Below are positions 51,801-64,000 of a stretch of 64,000 bases of DNA, one piece after another. The translations under genes and the position numbers were made by a program. The stretch's first letter is position 1. Each line of letters starts with the position of its first letter. A model generated the notes under the pieces. That model was given only the letters and a program-made list of their open reading frames with translations, did no database searches and was not told the origin of the DNA. Origin of the DNA: Yuukianura sp. NJ FZ-2021 (taxonomy: Eukaryota); assembly GCA_046563655.1 (NCBI GenBank), contig CM102286.1, forward strand, positions 11,904,001-11,968,000, written 5' to 3'.

Positions 51801-53719
51801 GCTTTTTCTCATTTCTTATCTACGGGCTTACATAACTTGTTCTGATGAGATCTAAAGCCTCGCAAAGTTGTATAAATTACGACAAAATCTGCAAGTATAA
51901 AGAAAACATACACTCAATTCTTACATTTTTGCAGACCAAAAACTTACTAAGGTCATTGAAATTGTAAAGACAGATTTTGGAGAGGTTTGCCAAATCTTGT
52001 TTGCCATTCTCCTTCTCTGTCATCTTCAATTTTGGTTCTTCCGAAGTAGCTCCATATACTTACTTATGCATAACCTCAATTTGTTAGAAATGGTGATGGA
52101 ACATTAGATTCCTTTTAAGGAAGGTTTGGTCTCAAACTGAGCCAAATATGGATTAAGTGAACATTATTCCCAAATCCCAAAGACACGCTCGCTCTCAGAA
52201 GATCCAATTCCTAATCACATCTTCCATGTCTTTTTGTCTTATTCAAGAACATGGAAGTAACCCAAAACTTTTTTTGTCTGGATCTTGAGACTCCAGGAAC
52301 GCTTGGTTGCCTCTGCGGCATTAAGAACAGATGGGAATACGTATTAAATGACACTTTGTAAATAGCATGTTCTCAAAAAGTTTAGGAAAAGTAAAACCGT
52401 AAAAGGAAATTAAAGTGGTTCCTGTAGTTCTACATTATTCAATCGATTGTTTTCCCAGAAACAGTCGATTTAGTATTGTTTAGTATTTGTTGGACAAACC
52501 AGTTTTTGATGTTGGCGTTAACTGACAAGTTTAAATTACATGTATCTATTTTGGAAAGAAATAGAAATAAAATGTCACAAAAAAACAACAAAATCAAACC
52601 GATTTCTCCAAAAAGAAAAACACATAATTTCTGAACCGTCAATTTTCTTGTTGACGAATGTTAGTTTTCTGCGTTTTTTTTTCTATTTGGATTTCACGAA
52701 ATTGGCATATCGTGAACTGGGGGACAAAAATAACATGCCATTTTGAAATATTTGGAGGTCGAATTACTTCTTTAGAAGCAAAAGAAAATTCAAGAAATGT
52801 TTGCAAAAAGCCTGTTGACCTGAAAATGTTAGCCTCCAAAAAATTGATGTTAAAAGTTAGAATGGCAAATTTTGTTTTTGTCTAAATTTTAGTTTAACTT
52901 TCAGGAACGATGTGCAAATGGACATTAAAAAAGAACGTCAAAGACAATGAAGAAAAAGACAACTGACGATGATGTGCGGACTTTCTCTGGATCGATATCC
53001 AGCGAATCGATTTAAGGTAAAAATTTCATACACGTGAACCTGCAGTATCAAATATTAACTTTACCATTTTCTAAAATTACGTTTTACAGTCGTTAGTTTT
53101 GAAAAGATTCTAAGAAGAGTAAAAAACGCTAAGAAAAAATTACAGAGAAAATATTTCATATGAAAGTTTATCCAGTTTAAAACTGAATTGAATTAATTGA
53201 CTTTCAAATGTTAATTTTACTCACTTAAGTAAAACCTTGCACTGCTACTTGAGTAATGATCTTGTAAGCTTTAATTAAACTCATAAAAAGCAACTCTTAG
53301 AATCACAAAATATCCAATTACTGTGCAAGTTTTTCAAAAGTAAGAAATGACCTTGCATGAACTTACTGGCAGTCATTGATGAGCTCTTCTTGTGTTCTCA
53401 TTTGAACAGGAGCCAATTTCTCCGTCGTTTCATCATAATTTCGAAAACATTTCGTAATTTTTTCATCAAAAGTGTTGACCAAATCTTCAAGTGATCCAGA
53501 AAATGCTTCACTGAAATTTGCAGACTCGACTCCATTCCCCAGATAACCTGACACATCATTGTTATCTGCATCTAAACACTTCTGAAGTGTCTCCAAGTCC
53601 TTCTTACTCAGCTGTCCATTCGTAGTCAACTTAAGGTCGAGTTCTGAACAGAGGTCAACTATATCCTCAGACTCAAATTGAGCCAAGGGAGCTTCAAATT
53701 TCAATTCCTCCATGGTCAT
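48808..53719 (-). CDS. Unc-76: Fasciculation and elongation protein zeta (FEZ/UNC-76); 8 coding exons
   Basis: EAPLAQFE, SLEDLVNTFDEKITKCF, MWWTITGNYGNILPIDWSK, YSETLIAELAHRDELEYEKELKNSFIS, YLTTVIPY, VPTLLTDYILKVLCPT*. Confidence 0.96.
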
Positions 53720-54298
53720 AAGCCTAAGAGTTCTTGGAGAAAGCTGTCAATCAATTACGTCACTTCGGGGGATAAAAAAAAACCAACAATGGGTTGAATC
53801 AATTGGTTTATTTGCACAGTAGAATACTTTCACTCCCCTCTTCCACTTAAATCTTAGTGAGTGCAATACTATGAATAAGCATAGACTCTGATACACAAGA
53901 TACACAATTCTACACTACTGATCTTCCTGGATGGAAGATGCCTTCTTCTTCTTGTCGAACTTGTTATTTGACTGTGAGGGTTTTCCAAATCTAAGCTTTA
54001 CAAACCCTGACCCTTGGATTTAACTTTCACCCACCCAAAAGTACAGAGCATGCTCGCATTTTTTGTAATAAACTGAGCATAAGCCCTAGGTATATTGAAG
54101 AAATACAGTGGATTTATACAACTAATCTAGTTCTTAAGGGTTTAAACATTAAATTTTATAGTGTGTTTAATTAAGTACGGAAAAAGAGTGGGTTTAATTA
54201 ACAGAGATTAAACATTTGTGCAAATATAAAGCGTAAAACATTAATATCGATTAGCCGAGGGGAAGCGAAAGTTTGCCCCGCCCTTGAGCAGAAAAGAG

Positions 54299-54310
54299 TT
54301 TCGCGGGAAA
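54299..54310. promoter_or_regulatory. Double-overlapping E2F-like site in the divergent FEZ/ZFYVE19 promoter region
   Basis: TTTCGCGGGAAA matches the E2F consensus on both strands. DRE-like ATATCGATT lies ~50 bp upstream. Confidence 0.5.
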
Positions 54311-54655
54311 ATTTTAGTCATGTGAGGAATTTGAAAATTATAAAATTAATAAACAGATGACTTTATAAAAACATAAACAGATCAAGAAAGGAATTTAGTG
54401 AGTCATCGATCTACTGTATTATTTTGGTAATTTTTGATAACCGTGAGTGTGAAATCAGTGGATCACCATCGATTTTGACGTAAGCTCATTATTAATTGAA
54501 TTTAGGATTTGCTGAGGGTAAAGTTAAGGTTAATTGAGAACGTTCGGGTTTGAGAATGAGTCTGATTCACACAACTTATTTAAAATAGCTCCTGTCGCTG
54601 ATTTCGTTATTTTTGTTTTATTTTAGTGTGAACGTAATAAACTGAAGAGGGAAAG

Positions 54656-56056
54656 ATGGCCTCGTGTCAAGGATGCGCTGAATCTTTTGGATTTTGGAAA
54701 AGAAACGTCAGTGGACAAAAAATGAAGTCGAACGGTTCTGGATGATTATGAAGTTTTGGTTTGGTTTTTATTACGTAGGTCGGATGTCCCAAGTGTGGGT
54801 ACTCGTACTGTCAGAAATGTATTCGTTTTAAACTGGACGTGAAGGACGATGCTGAACTTGCTGCAAAGACTAAAGGGAATACTTTGCTTGTGTGTAACAA
54901 ATGCTACTTACAGGCAACGTCATCAAAAGGCGAAGTGATGGACGAAAGTGCCTATAAAGAAAATGTCGGAAAGGCAATGGAAGTGTAAGTACATCGAAGC
55001 AAAGCGGTGACTAAATATTTTGTGGGTTCGTTCTTATTGAATAAAGTTTTTTTTTTCGTACAGGCTAGAAATGATGGATGATCCTGGAAAACCTCCTATT
55101 ACGCTATACCGAGAATCTAATCGTGTTGCTGCTTTAAAAAAAGGACTCTCCTTTGAGGATCAAAAGATTGTCGATCGACTAGAAGAACTTCGTGGTGCAA
55201 GGCGCAAGTCGGATCAAACTGATGTCGCATCAAGACTGGCTAAACTCAAAGGTAAATCAATCATGCCAACAGCTTTAAGTTTCAGTATTCAGTTGCTCGT
55301 GTTTTCTGAACCTAATTTTTTCTGTCTAGATCAGCCTTACAATCCTACTTCTTCGTCAGCGTCAAACATCCTGATGAAGTCGAAGCCCGAAACAGAGGAA
55401 GACTTGGTAGCTCGCTTGGCTGATCAAGTGAACCTTGAGAAAAAATACGACAAAACTGTAGTCGATGACATTGAAGAGCGTTTGCGCAAATTGAAATCCG
55501 CTGGTTCGAACTCCTCATCTCAAGGCGCTGACAGCCCTGCCGGACACTCTAGTCCTAACGACGATGGACCAAAGAGTGAAGAAGACCAAATCAATGAACT
55601 CGTGCAACGCGTAAGCTAATGTCCACGTTTGAACATTGATACCTTGAAAATGAATAGGCGCCAACCAGTTCAATGATTGGATCTTTGCAGTATATTGCTG
55701 AAGCTGCTCTGCCGAAACAAGAAAATGCCGTGCCTAAAGAAAGTGAATTCGATGAAGAGGATGTCGATATTGGAAATTCAGATGAAGATGACGATGATGT
55801 CGTAAGTCACGAATCAGATTAAACCGTGAACTTGATATCTAGTATGATAGTTAACGAATTATTTTTTCTTCTATGTTTTCAGGACTATGACCACTGCTGC
55901 CGAATCTGCGAACAGAAGCGTGCGACGTTATTGTGCCGTGAGTGCGATGATGACATTTTCTGTGCGAAGTGCTTCACAGAGTTTCATGACGAATTGGGAG
56001 AGTCGCATCGTCCCACAAAGTTTCAGAATCCTAATACCGATGACGAAAATTATTGA
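54656..56056 (+). CDS. ZFYVE19: Abscission/NoCut checkpoint regulator (FYVE-like finger plus C-terminal B-box); ~6 exons
   Basis: MASCQGCAESFGFWKR..GCPKCGYSYCQKC...VCNKC, EDQKIVDRLEELR, DDIEERLRKLK, and CCRICEQKRATLLCRECDDDIFCAKCFTEFH. Confidence 0.9.
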
Positions 56057-56805
56057 AAACGAAAAGTGTGCCGTTGCTGCTTGCAATCTGAACATTGCTA
56101 AATTTTGGCAATAACTTAATTGCTGAAATGAACAAAATTATAGAAGTTTTTTTTTGTGCAAATATATTTAAATTTCTCGGTCAGTCTCAATTTTCCCTTA
56201 AAGAAAGTGCGCTCTAAGTAACAGCAGCAGCGCTAAAACCAATTTTCACAACGCTTTTCCTCTTTTTTTTTGTTCTATACCTAATAAAATGACGGTAAAC
56301 TTAAAGGCCGAAATTAGTATTATAAACTTTTTCTTTTGCTTGTATCCTAAGCCTGGTGATACTCAAATAAATCGTGTCGCTCTCAACTGAAAACTGTTTG
56401 GAGTATTGCGGCAATATTATTGCCTGACTGACCTGAACCCTGCAAGATGGCATTACGACGAATTCGGATATGACGCCGTCTATTCCATTTTAAAAGCTAT
56501 AATTTTGTATAGCCGTTATTTTGAAATTTTAATAATTATGTTGACGCTCTTTCACTAATTTTGTTGGAACTAATTCTTGTTAGTAAGATGCGTATTTCAC
56601 TGAATGAAAAGCCTTTATGTTTTTTTAAATGGAAAATTTCTGGTTTATTTTTGAAAAATCTGAAAATTTTTGTTCAAACACCCGATAGACCATTGATAAC
56701 AAAAAAAATGACCGGAAATCAAAAGTTTTTTTTTTCCTCCGAATTGCACAAAAATTTACCTCGACCATAAAATTTATAACTAATTTAATTTTGGCGATTG
56801 TTATA

Positions 56806-57704
56806 CAGTGAGGTCCAGCTAAAAGAGTACACCCTCAAATCAGTTTCCAAGAAAACAAGTTTAAAAATGGGTAAACAATGGGGGCGGGGGGAAAACGATG
56901 GAGCAAAATATTTACAAAAAAAAATTTTTTTTTCCCTCTCAAAATTCGTATTTCTTTCTTTTTATAAGATGCATCGAATTCGACTGTCGAAACTTTTTTT
57001 TGTTCGTTTTCGACCCTTCTCAAGTTATAAATTTTCAAAGATTTCTAATTTCTTTTTGAAATGAAAAATTCTCAAAGATAGTTCAGATATTGCGCAGAAA
57101 GTGCGCAGAAGGTGCGCACTTTCTGCGCACAATCTGAGCCCTTACTGCGCACAATCTGCGCACTTCCTGCGCACATTCTGCGCACTTTCTGCGCAGTATC
57201 TGTGCACTTCCTGCGCACATTCTGCGCAGTAACTGCGCGGTATCTGTGCACTTTCTGCGCGGTATCTGCGCACAATCTGCGCACTTTCTGCGCAGTATCT
57301 GCGCACTTAGTGCGCACAATCTGCGCACCTTCTGCGCACAATCTGCGCACTTTCTGCGCAGTATCTGTGCACTATCTGCGCACAATATGCGCACTTTCTG
57401 CGCAGTATCCGCGCACTTTCTGCGCAATATCTGAACTATCTTTGAGAATTTTTCAAAATTTCAAAAAGAAATTAGAAATCTTTGAAAATTTATAACTTGA
57501 GAAGGGCCGAAAACGAACAAAAAAAATTTTCGACAGTCGAATTTGTTGCTTCTTTTAAAAAGAAAGAAATACGAATTTTTAGAGTTTTTTTTTAATGAAT
57601 ATTTTGCTCCTTCGTTTTCCCCCCGCCCCCATTGTTTACCCATTTTTAAACTTGTTTTCTTGGAAACTGATTTGAGGGTGTACTCTTTTAGCTGGACCTC
57701 ACTG
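56806..57704. mobile_element. 899-bp foldback/MITE of Tc1-mariner type with ~290-bp TIRs, TA TSD and a central minisatellite
   Basis: TA|CAGTGAGGTCCAGC... and ...GCTGGACCTCACTG|TA. Long, highly similar inverted arms and no transposase ORF. Confidence 0.9.
57090..57428. repeat. 11-bp-period minisatellite (CTGCGCACWWT / CTGCGCAGTAT variants), ~30 units
   Basis: Directly visible. It also explains the repetitive Cys/Arg-rich ORFs in several frames. Confidence 0.95.
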
Positions 57705-58006
57705 TATAATGTCTGTCTACTCGCAAACGCGGGATTATATCTAACTTGGGGTTGATTTTGGGTAGTATATTTGCACAGTGTATTCCATGAACCGTGATCA
57801 TTTTTTTTTTTGCAAAGTCGCGTTTATAAGGTGTATAATTTAGTCACATTAATTCAGTCTACTTTTTCGTAAGAGATTCCATTGTTAAGTGCCAGTTGAG
57901 ATCTCTACCTGAACAAGAGTAGGACAAGAAACAACTTTGGACGTAGTCTGCAACACATTAAGTTGCAGACTAGGTTAAGCATCAACCAAGTTTCGCGAAA
58001 GTGCGC

Positions 58007-58202
58007 AAAGGACCTTACCGGGTTTCTATAAGGCTGGGCCCAGAGAGGGAGTTGCATTGCGAGAGATGGGCGATGAGATGAGAGAAATGTATGGGAGAAG
58101 AGTTTTTCTCCTCTCCGTGTATTTCCTCCCATCTCGCTCAATGCAAAACCTCCGTGTGGCCCAGAGAATCTCATTCTTATGGGAAATCCGGTAAGGTCCT
58201 TT
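58007..58202. mobile_element. ~195-bp palindromic MITE-like element just upstream of the elongase gene
   Basis: AAAGGACCTTACCGG...ATAAG pairs with CTTAT...CCGGTAAGGTCCTTT, and inner TTGCATTG.G.GAGATGGG pairs with CCCATCTCGCTCAATGCAA. No clear TSD. Confidence 0.7.
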
Positions 58203-58310
58203 ATTGCCAGATTGTGTTAAAAATCTTCCAAACAGGCAAACTTTTTACTACTAAAATTATTCGTAAACATCTACTGACCTTTCGCCATTTTCAGGACGTT
58301 CGGAACGCCA

Positions 58311-59748
58311 ATGGTTTTCGGTAAAGTTTAAAAAAAAAAGTAACCAAACACTTATGAGCGGTCACTTATGAACGATAATCTTAGGGTATTCTGGATAATT
58401 TAAAATAGGCAACCGTCCATAAGTGTCAGGAAATCACAAAATTTAATCTATACGACTGTTTTTGATTGATTTGGTATTGATTTATGGTGTGATGAGAATT
58501 TGCGAAAGTGAAATTTGCAAATATTCTTTTTTGCACAGAATACTTTGTGGATGGGCTTGAGAGGCTGAGGGTGAACAACCCTGTGCGGAATGTGAGTCTT
58601 CTAGAAAGTGGTGGTGAATTCAGCTATCTCGAGACGTGGGAAATTGAAAAGTATGATTTTCCAAAATGGCGCCGATTTCTCGGAAGATACTGGACGCTGA
58701 GCATCTACATTTCAATTGTCTACGTGATAACGATCTTTGCTGTTCAAAAGTGGATGCGAAATAGACCACCGTATGACCTCAGAACGTTCACAATTTTGTG
58801 GAATCTGGGTATGGGGTGCTTCTGTTTCACTGGATTCTTCAGAGCACTCCCAGAGGTCATCTCTGTCGCCACTGGACCAGACGGAATCTACAGATCTCTT
58901 TGCATCTTGTAAGTTAAAAAAAATTCCCGAAATTTTGAGATTTTTTTTTTGAAAAATTAAAATTTCAGTTATATTTTATGACTTAGCGAACAACATACAT
59001 CGACGGCCGCCTTCTGGGGCCTCATGAACATCATGTCAAGGGTCATGGAACTTTTTGGCACTTCGCTCATCGTTCTCAAGAAAAAACCACTCTTATTCCT
59101 ACACTGGTATGTTAATGTTAGATTAACGTTAGGTTTTTATGAAAGTAAGGATTTTTCTTAAACTTAAACTTAAATATATACTTCAACTTAAACTCAAATC
59201 TTAGTTTTTTTTTATAGGTACCATCATGTTACGGTACTAATTTACTGCTGGTACTTTTACGAAGCCTATGAAATTTCACTCCGAGTTTTTGGTATTCTCA
59301 ATTCATTTGTGCATTCAGTCGTCTACTTTTATTTTGCCCTCAAGGTATAAATGTTGCACATGAAGAGTTAAATACGTGATGACTAACTTTCAAAATTTTG
59401 AATTTTTAGACACTGGGTGTAAAATTTCCTCGGCAGTTGGCGATGGGTTTAACTCTGATGCAATTGAGTGAAATGATCATTGGAATATTTGTCAACATTT
59501 ACAATCTACGGGCCAAAAGTACAAGTTCTTTTACAAATATTTGTGAATTAAGTTCAAAGATTACAAAGTATCTGTTTTGAGTGTCAATGTCAATGTTGAA
59601 TATTGCAGATGCTGGAGTGGAGTGTCACAGGAACTACGACAGTATTTACACTGCTTTTTTCATGTACTTGACCTACTTTGTGCTTTTTGCAAAACTGTTC
59701 AAGGACGCCTACCTTACGAAACCGACAAAACAAAAGAAAACGGATTAA
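58311..59748 (+). CDS. Divergent ELOVL6/baldspot-like very-long-chain fatty acid elongase; exons 58311-58320, 58539-58908, 58987-59106, 59218-59344, 59410-59518, 59609-59748
   Basis: WMRNRPPYDLR..LWN, LFLHWYHHVTVLIYCWY (HxxHH), NSFVHSVVYFYFALK, MYLTYFVLFAKLF, and C-terminal KKTD ER-retrieval signal. Confidence 0.9.
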
Positions 59749-60776
59749 AAAAACTATCAAATATTTCACAAAAAAAAAAATCATAAAAAAATTGCTATTT
59801 TTGATTTGAAATATTTTCAAACATTTCTATGTAAGGTTTACAAAATATTGAGGTGTGAAGGAATGTCGGTGTGTCAATATTTCCAAGAAAGTCATCATGT
59901 TGGACCCATTCATTCAAGCTGTTTTTAGCGCCAAACTTTTAAAAGCATTACAGAACGCATCATATGTGAATTCCGGGCTTTTAACCTACGAATCCTTGAA
60001 TTTTCCCAAGAAATTTGTGTTGACATGGTGAGTACTGGGACATCTCCAAAGCTTCTTCATTCATTCTTCATTTTTCTATGGGATTTTATCAGATAGGATT
60101 TCAAGTGGGAGAATCCGCAACTGGAGATCTAAAAAAAGTGCAATTTTTTTTTTGCAATGACTTTCACTGCCCGGATTTCTTAGGCGGAGTACTTCGGCGC
60201 CAAATGTCAAACATCTTTTGTGATCTTTTTGAGTCAGCAGTACTTCCCATTTAAAGTTATTGTTTGTTTACCACCGACAACGAATGTTGTCATCATCTTG
60301 TTATCTGTATACAGACTATGGCATTCCCTCATTCAACTTATTAAGTGTTCCTGTGCTAAGTGGGAATGTACTACATTCCGATGGGATGAGGATGATGATC
60401 TTACCTTGCAAAAATTGCAAATCTTCGTAGGCTGATCTCTGTGCATCACCAACGCATTGTCTGGCCTCCAAAGCCCAATAAGGCCTTCTCTAACGGTTAA
60501 CGTGCAGCTCATGCCTGCTCTCACTCTGTTATATCATGTTAGGTTAGTATATTTAAGTTTAAAATAGGATTTCCGAACAATTTTTTTGAAAATGCTTAGC
60601 CTACACAAAAGCCGCCTACTTGAGCATAATCCTTGACGGCTTAGTTAGTCTAGTCTCATCTCACGCATTTTTTGCAACAACGAAGCCGTAACCAGGAAGA
60701 GCTTGAATATTGTTTTTGCGAAACGAAATCCACTTGACCTTTGACATTTCATGCTGCAATGCGTCCAAATTTAGAA

Positions 60777-60867
60777 GCACGCGTACAATGTTGTGCAAAT
60801 TCTAAAATAAATCCAAGTTCTTGGACGCACGCGGCACAATGTTGTGCAAATTTTAAAAAATTCCAAG
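60777..60867. repeat. Short tandem duplication (~41 bp x2, 50-bp period)
   Basis: GCACGCG.ACAATGTTGTGCAAATT.TAAAA...TCCAAG occurs twice. Confidence 0.7.
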
Positions 60868-62024
60868 GCCATTTTCACTGCAAAGTAATTCGCAACATCA
60901 AAAACGTCAGCAATGCGTTGCAGATGTGTATGTGGTTCCCCGTGTCGTCATTCGGCCACTCCACTTTGTCCACGGTCACACGTTTTTCCAAAATCAGGTT
61001 CATTTCATCACACAAATTTTTTCTGGAACAAAAACGCATCATAGTGTCGTAAAATTAGCAAAGACGCAACAAAACTTAAGAGTTTCCCTTGAAAAAATAA
61101 ATAGAACAAAAACGAAAGTGGAAAACCTGCACTTTGCACACAGTTTTTATTAACCATTCAAAAGTCACGTTTTTTTTTCTGCCAAGTCACTTTCCTGTAA
61201 AAAGATGAAATGAATCATGGATTTACGTTAGCAAATCCGGATCACCTGCCAAAAATATTCATGAGTTGACGTTTGCGTGGTCTCTTTAATAATGTAAACT
61301 TTCCACTTAAATGATATCATGCTTATTAAATTGGGCAAAGATTTCGCAATTTCGAATTTTCGAGAAACAAAAATAATTAAACCTTGACCGTTTACCTCAG
61401 ACAGTGACTCATTTTTTTTAATTTCAAAGAACTCCAGAAGTCCAGACGGAGACTAGCCTACCTTTGACCAGGAAAAAAGTTTGCAAAATTTTTGCAACCT
61501 GTTTTGCAAGGTTCCAAATAAGCCTAATCTCAAGCCTAGGATTAGCAAGATTGGAATTCTAAGGTCAAATTTCAAAATTTCCACGTGTATCCCGAACCAT
61601 GCGGTTTTCTATTGTCAAAAATTTGCGAAATCAATAACTGTAATCAAAGTACTTCCCATTTTGATTGATTTATGAGGAACAATGATGATTACGCATGTGG
61701 AAATGGGAAAACAAAAGTTATTTATCCAAAAAAATTCCAAAACGTTATAGTTACTCCCTCCACTTGTTAGTAGAGATCAGTTAAGTTTAATATGGGTTTT
61801 GCCTAATTTGGTCAAAATTGAGATCATAGGAATGGCCAAAAGTGGGAGAAGTAAATGGAATAGCCCACTCAAAAAATATTTTTTGCCACTGATGAGGTGT
61901 GTTAGTTGTCAGCACTGGCCCAACGTGGCCCAAAGTACCTGCTGCATGCTGCCCAAGTTTGAGCCACTTTAGTACAAGAGAGCGCAGTGACATCAAAGTC
62001 ATGCGAGGCCGCTTTTGCAAACGG

Positions 62025-62032
62025 TATAAATA
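62025..62032 (+). promoter_or_regulatory. TATA box of the chitin-binding gene
   Basis: TATAAATA followed ~35 bp later by Inr-like ACATTC, ~310 bp upstream of the ATG. Confidence 0.55.
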
Positions 62033-62340
62033 AGCAGGGGAACAAATGAATCGGCCTCTAATACATTCGCACTCAACTGCGAGTCACAACATTTGCTCAA
62101 CCGGAAGAATTTGTGGAGTTTTCGAAATTTTGAAACCAGTTGTGAAGTTTTTCAGTTCCAGTCTATAGCCTAATCCGTTGCAAGTTTTTACAGTGGAATC
62201 GGTGAAAATTTGACCTCATTCCAGGAAATAAAGGAACGAAGGAGATTAGTCTCAGACTTTGCAAAAAAAAATTTGCAACGTTGTTTTTACGCAAAGAGAA
62301 AAGTTTGAGTCATACAGCAAAGTGTGTGAGGAGGTCAAAG

Positions 62341-63208
62341 ATGCTGAAACTAAGTTTATTCCTCTCCGGCGTCCTGTTTTTGCTTGCCACATTAGCAGGT
62401 AAGCAAATGTTTGCAAAAACTTTTTGCACAAATGAAACAAAGTCGGTTTTTGAGCAAATTTAACAAAGTCGTTAATTTTTGTAACTATTCAAAAAATAAA
62501 TTTGAAAAATACAAATTATTTTTTTTTTGCTCCAGGTTATTCAACTGCCTTTACATGTCCATTGCCGAATGGATATTTTCCAGACCCTCAACAGTGTGAT
62601 GCCTATATATCTTGTACGAACAACGTCGCGGAACGCAAAGTGTGTCCAGAAGGACTGTTCTTCGATGACAGGCTAATACATTACCCTAGATACCCATGTA
62701 CCTTCCCCCAAGAAGTACAATGTGGGTCAAGGACGCGAACAAGTAAGTTCTCAACATACTTTTTTGAATCATAGTGCATTTTGAATCTCTTGTACACTAT
62801 CTGTATGTCGCATCATCGGACTTTCCCTGAACATGTCATATTTTTTCACCCGTCATTTTTTTGCAATGGAAAAAAATGAAACGTGATCCATATTTTTTTT
62901 CCTGGAAAAGTCAATAAAAACGCATAGAGTTTCCCACTTGCATTTTTTCGCAATCTGACAACAAACACGCAGAGGGGATCGCGTGCAGAACTGCACGTCC
63001 CCTCCTCCTTTCTATCAATTTGAAATTTTTGCAATTTAGCAAAAATTTGAAAACAGTTCCAGGAATTGTTGAGATGATACAGCTTTTGAACAGCAAATGC
63101 AAACAATGCCGTGCCCTTATTTTTTCTTACGTGGTTTAACATTGACTAACCTTATTATTGTTTTTATCAGGGGTCAAACGTTTACCGAGAATTGGCCGAA
63201 GGAGGTGA
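62341..63208 (+). CDS. Secreted single chitin-binding type-2 (peritrophin-A/CBM14) domain protein, obstructor/CPAP-like; exons 62341-62398, 62536-62742, probable 63171-63208
   Basis: Signal peptide MLKLSLFLSGVLFLLATLAG and six-Cys domain CPLPNGYFPDPQQCDAYISC...CPEGLFF...YPC...VQC. The last exon (RVKRLPRIGRRR*) is less certain. Confidence 0.85.
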
Positions 63209-63762
63209 CCCCAATCACATTTGCAACTTTCATGGAACTTCGTACGCCAACTTTGTTTCTGGAGAATTTTGTGATTAGGAGTTCCACAATGCGTGATCCA
63301 AAAGAAAACTTTGTTGACAGAATTTCAGTATTATTTTAGTTTAGGTTTTGAAGAGACATTTATGTAAAGACTTTTAGTGTTTTTCAACTTTTTTTTAACT
63401 TTTGTAGCCAATGAAGAACTGAAAGACTGTTAATGTTATTAGAATTTAGTATTTAAGTTATTGCTTTTACTAGTCACTTCTTGCGTCTTCTTTTAGAAAA
63501 TACTTTACTTTTGATACCAATTCAATTTGAAAATAAATTTTTTGAACCAAAATAAAGAAAAGTGAAAAAAAAAATCAAACCAAAATAATTCTCGAATATC
63601 ACTTCTCCAGCTTTGAAAACTTTCGTTTCAGGAATTTAAAATTTAATTTGTTTCTTCTTTTCTTAAAAGCCAATTTACAACTACATGCTAAAGCTAAAAA
63701 ATTTTCAGAAAAATGTTGAGCGTTTGTTTCAAACTAGTAAACTAAATTACTTTAAAGCCACT

Positions 63763-63877
63763 TCAGTCTTCATCAGAAGCGTCTTCTTTCTCAGTTGTGG
63801 TTCCATTCTTATCAGTCTCAGCAGCTTCTAGCTCATAGTTGGCCATTTTTCCAGGTCCAGTCGTGTAGTAGTCCTTA
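63763..63877 (-). CDS. Probable terminal exon of a gene extending beyond the window
   Basis: Acceptor TTTACAG, then KDYYTTGPGKMANYELEAAETDKNGTTTEKEDASDED*. Coding-like composition, product unknown. Confidence 0.6.
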
Positions 63878-64000
63878 CTGTAAAGGAAAATTAGCACATT
63901 TGCAAATATTTGCACTGAATAGTACCCATAAAGAAATTTGCATTTGTGTTTTACCAATTATCTGGAGCATGTTTAGGTTTAACGCAGAATCCTGTTTCGG

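Noticed and set aside
51930..52370. Possible alternative first exon in FEZ intron 1
   Set aside because: The candidate ATG-to-donor phases do not match the phase-2 acceptor of the next FEZ exon.
57072..57495. Four overlapping Cys/Arg-rich ORFs, and a superficial CRISPR-like periodicity
   Set aside because: They arise from a stop-free 11-bp minisatellite within a transposon. There are no unique spacers, no cas genes, and the context is eukaryotic.

Overview
Eukaryotic, AT-rich, intron-rich arthropod-type genomic DNA. Short GT-AG introns, AACCT/TTAGG motifs and a chitin-binding gene suggest a hexapod such as a springtail, but that is inference only. No prokaryotic features, rRNA, tRNA or CRISPR arrays were seen. 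Gene order: FoxG/sloppy-paired-like (-), an ~11 kb apparently gene-free upstream region, two unrecognised multi-exon genes, GALNT2/pgant2 (+), ZW10 (-), TENT4/Trf4 (+), RpL14 (-, hosting a candidate C/D snoRNA and a MITE), TEX49/SPMIP11-like (+), KLHDC3 (+), UBXN1 (+), FEZ/Unc-76 (-), ZFYVE19/ANCHR (+), a divergent ELOVL6-like elongase (+), a single-domain chitin-binding protein (+) and the last exon of a further gene (-). Non-autonomous mobile elements are varied: a complete Helentron-associated (HINE/DINE-like) element plus a truncated copy, a TA-flanked foldback element carrying a TGCGCA minisatellite, and two small MITEs with 8-bp target-site duplications and telomere-like cores. Exon boundaries were read by eye and product names come from recalled motif similarity, not database searches. 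I found no clearly new multi-gene system. The best leads are the elongase with altered catalytic motifs, the MRE-like array in the foldback element next to it, the intronic snoRNA, the composite repeat locus and the orphan genes.
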